From Basidiobolus meristosporus CBS 931.73 (taxonomy: Eukaryota; Fungi; Basidiobolomycota): a DNA stretch of 64,000 bases. The notes under the pieces were generated by a model. It made no database searches. It worked only from the letters and a program-made list of their open reading frames with translations, and was not told the DNA's origin. Shown here one piece after another: positions 61,887-64,000 of this stretch. The stretch is taken from assembly GCA_002104905.1 (NCBI GenBank), contig MCFE01000087.1, positions 62,001 through 126,000 on the forward strand. Reading direction: 5' to 3'. Each line of letters opens with the position of its first letter. Within the stretch, counting starts at the first letter, position 1. Position numbers and translations under genes: made by a program.

Positions 61887-64000
61887 TGTTGTAAAAATTT
61901 GTAGTTCCACCTAAATATTCACCTAACTTAGTCACTTAGATCATCACCTTCAAATCCTAGAGAATACTGACCAAATTCCTTGTTGGGATTTACTTAGAAT
62001 ATTTTCACCAAAATACCAGGTACCCAGAACATGAAAATTCTCAAAGTTGACCAAACAGCCCCAAACTTTGCACACATGTTCTTGGGACCTTCCTTAACCT
62101 ATTCTACGTGTTTGTAATGCCAAGACCAGGTAAAAGTATAGATACTACTTTTACATTCAATAAATCATTAAGTGAAAAACCACATAATCTACTTGTTCTC
62201 CCAATCACTTCCAATATCTCCAAGACTCTTACAACAGGTTATGATCCCCAAGCTATACAAGTTGACTTATATTCCATCATATCTGGAAGCAAATATAAGT
62301 AACTTAAATGAAGAAACACCAATGCTTTAGCACAGGAGATTTGGGCACATCAATTTTGACTATTTGCGTAAAATGATCAAAGATCAGCTAATTTCTGGAG
62401 TGAAAATTGATCCCCCAGCTAATTTGGAGCACTGTGAAGCCTGCATATATGGGAAACAAGCCAGACAACCGTTCAAGATCTCTGGGTTAATCAAAACTAA
62501 GAAAAAATTAGATCTAATTCACTCAGATCTGTGTGGACCTATGCAAAATTTATCCTTAGGCGGGATGAAGTATTTTATCACTTTTATTGATGATTATACA
62601 AGATACACATGGGTCTACTTCATGGAGAGAAAGGAAGAAGCTCTGTCTAAGTTCAGGGAGTTTAAAGCCATGGTGGAGAGAGAAACTGGTGAAAAAATCA
62701 AGAAAATACGCTCTGACAATGGTGGAGAATATACCTCAAAACTCTTCATCCACTTCTGCAAAATTCATGGGATAAAGCAAGAGACTACTGTACCATACTC
62801 CCCACAGCAAAATGGAGTAGCAGAATGAGCTAACAGATCAATAATTGATATGGCAAGATCTATGATCCATGATCAAAAATTATCCTATGATTTTTGGGCG
62901 GAATCAGTTGCCACTGCTGTATATCTTAAAAATAGGAGTTATAACAGAATACTTTGTGATTCTACTCCATTTGAAGCATGGTATGGATACAGACCAAGTG
63001 CAGAACATCTAAGAATATTTGGGTGTACAGCATATGCCAAAAAACTGGCCGGAAATCAGTCAAAATTTGAGCCAAAAAGTGTAAAATGCATATTTTTGGG
63101 CTACTGCAATGAGAGTAAGGCATACAGACTCTACAATACCAAATCAAAGAAGCTGATCAAGTCCAGGGATGTGTTGTTTGATGAAAATTCAAAATTTTCA
63201 CAAAAAATGACATCAGATGATGACAAAAATTTGATCTCAAGTCCACCAATTGTCAGGATTGAATCAGAGCAAAACAATGAAAATTTTTTCACTCCAGAGG
63301 ACTCTACAACCGTGGTTCAGCCAGAATCAGTGCCCAGGAATATCCCAGAAGTGATCATTCCAGTATCAAATGCCCGGAGATCCAATTGGACAAGAAATAG
63401 CCCAAATTACTATATCAATGAGGGTACAAACTTAACCTATGCCTATTCAGTCCATATTGATGAACCCCAGACTGTAAAAGAGGCCCTAAATAGCCCTCAG
63501 GCAAAGTTTTGGAGATCTGCAATGACTGAGGAATATCAGGCCCTGATGGAAAATCAAACTTGGGACTTAGTCAAATTACCAATCAACCAAAAATCAATTG
63601 GATGCAGATGGGTCTTCAAGACAAAATACAAGGCTGATGGCACAATTGAAAGATACAAAGCAAGACTTGTAGCCAAAGGATACTCTCAAACAAAAGGACT
63701 TGACTATACTGAGACCTTTGCACTGGTAGCCAAGTTTAATTCCATCAGATTAATATTGGGTATTGCAGCCAAATATAAGTTTTTTATGCATCAAATGGAT
63801 GTAAAAACTGCATTTTTGAGTGGAGAACTTGATGAGGACATGTATATGGACCAGCCTGATGGGTTTGTTGACCAAAATAACCCCCATTTGGTCTGCAAGC
63901 TTAAAAGGTCACTATATGGTCTCAAACAATCACTGAGAGCCTGGAATTGCAAGATAGATTCTTATTTGGAATCCTTGAGTTTCAAAAGAGGTAATGCTGA
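61887..64000 (+). mobile_element. Copia-A copy A4 (5' LTR 61887-62236) with gag and PR deleted; runs off the window
   Basis: The PBS/leader is joined at CT (62253-62254) to the pre-integrase region; IN-RT is nearly identical to A3. Confidence 0.93.

Noticed and set aside
62241-62260. A4 deletion as a reverse-transcribed spliced RNA
   Set aside because: The deleted segment can begin with GT, but it then ends in CT rather than AG; microhomology explains it better.
700-63147. Numerous 60-130 aa antisense or shifted-frame ORFs in the track
   Set aside because: They are shadows of host genes and TE coding regions, repeated only because the TE copies are repeated.
5660-64000. Classical Neurospora-type RIP (CpA to TpA)
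   Set aside because: CpA and TpG remain abundant and TpA is not visibly enriched; the missing dinucleotide is CpG. The few CAG/TGG-to-stop changes do not amount to a RIP pattern.

Overview
This is eukaryotic, fungal-type DNA, with short GT-AG introns, CTAAC branch sites and a Bud6/Aip3 gene; an early-diverging lineage is a reasonable inference but is not proven. Bases 1-5,000 hold three CpG-rich host genes on the minus strand: a two-exon microprotein resembling PIGBOS1 that the ORF track misses, a three-exon Bud6/Aip3, and an apparently intronless DAACS (GltP-like) acidic amino acid/dicarboxylate transporter with an unusual NLAGT motif. From about 5.6 kb to the end, the window is a nested, almost CpG-free transposon cluster. 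It contains two Ty1/copia families (A, with about 11 LTR copies and a tandem pair sharing one LTR; H, one young near-intact copy with a perfect 5-bp TSD) and a single-ORF Ty3/gypsy family (B). It also contains an orphan 804-bp solo-LTR family (C), an En/Spm (CACTA)-type DNA transposon family with CCCTA termini (D) plus a 288-bp mini-derivative, a DDE_Tnp_4 (ISL2EU/Harbinger-like) element (F), and a ~735-bp foldback element (G) whose terminus resembles F. No CRISPR, rRNA or tRNA genes were seen. All alignments and counts were made by eye.
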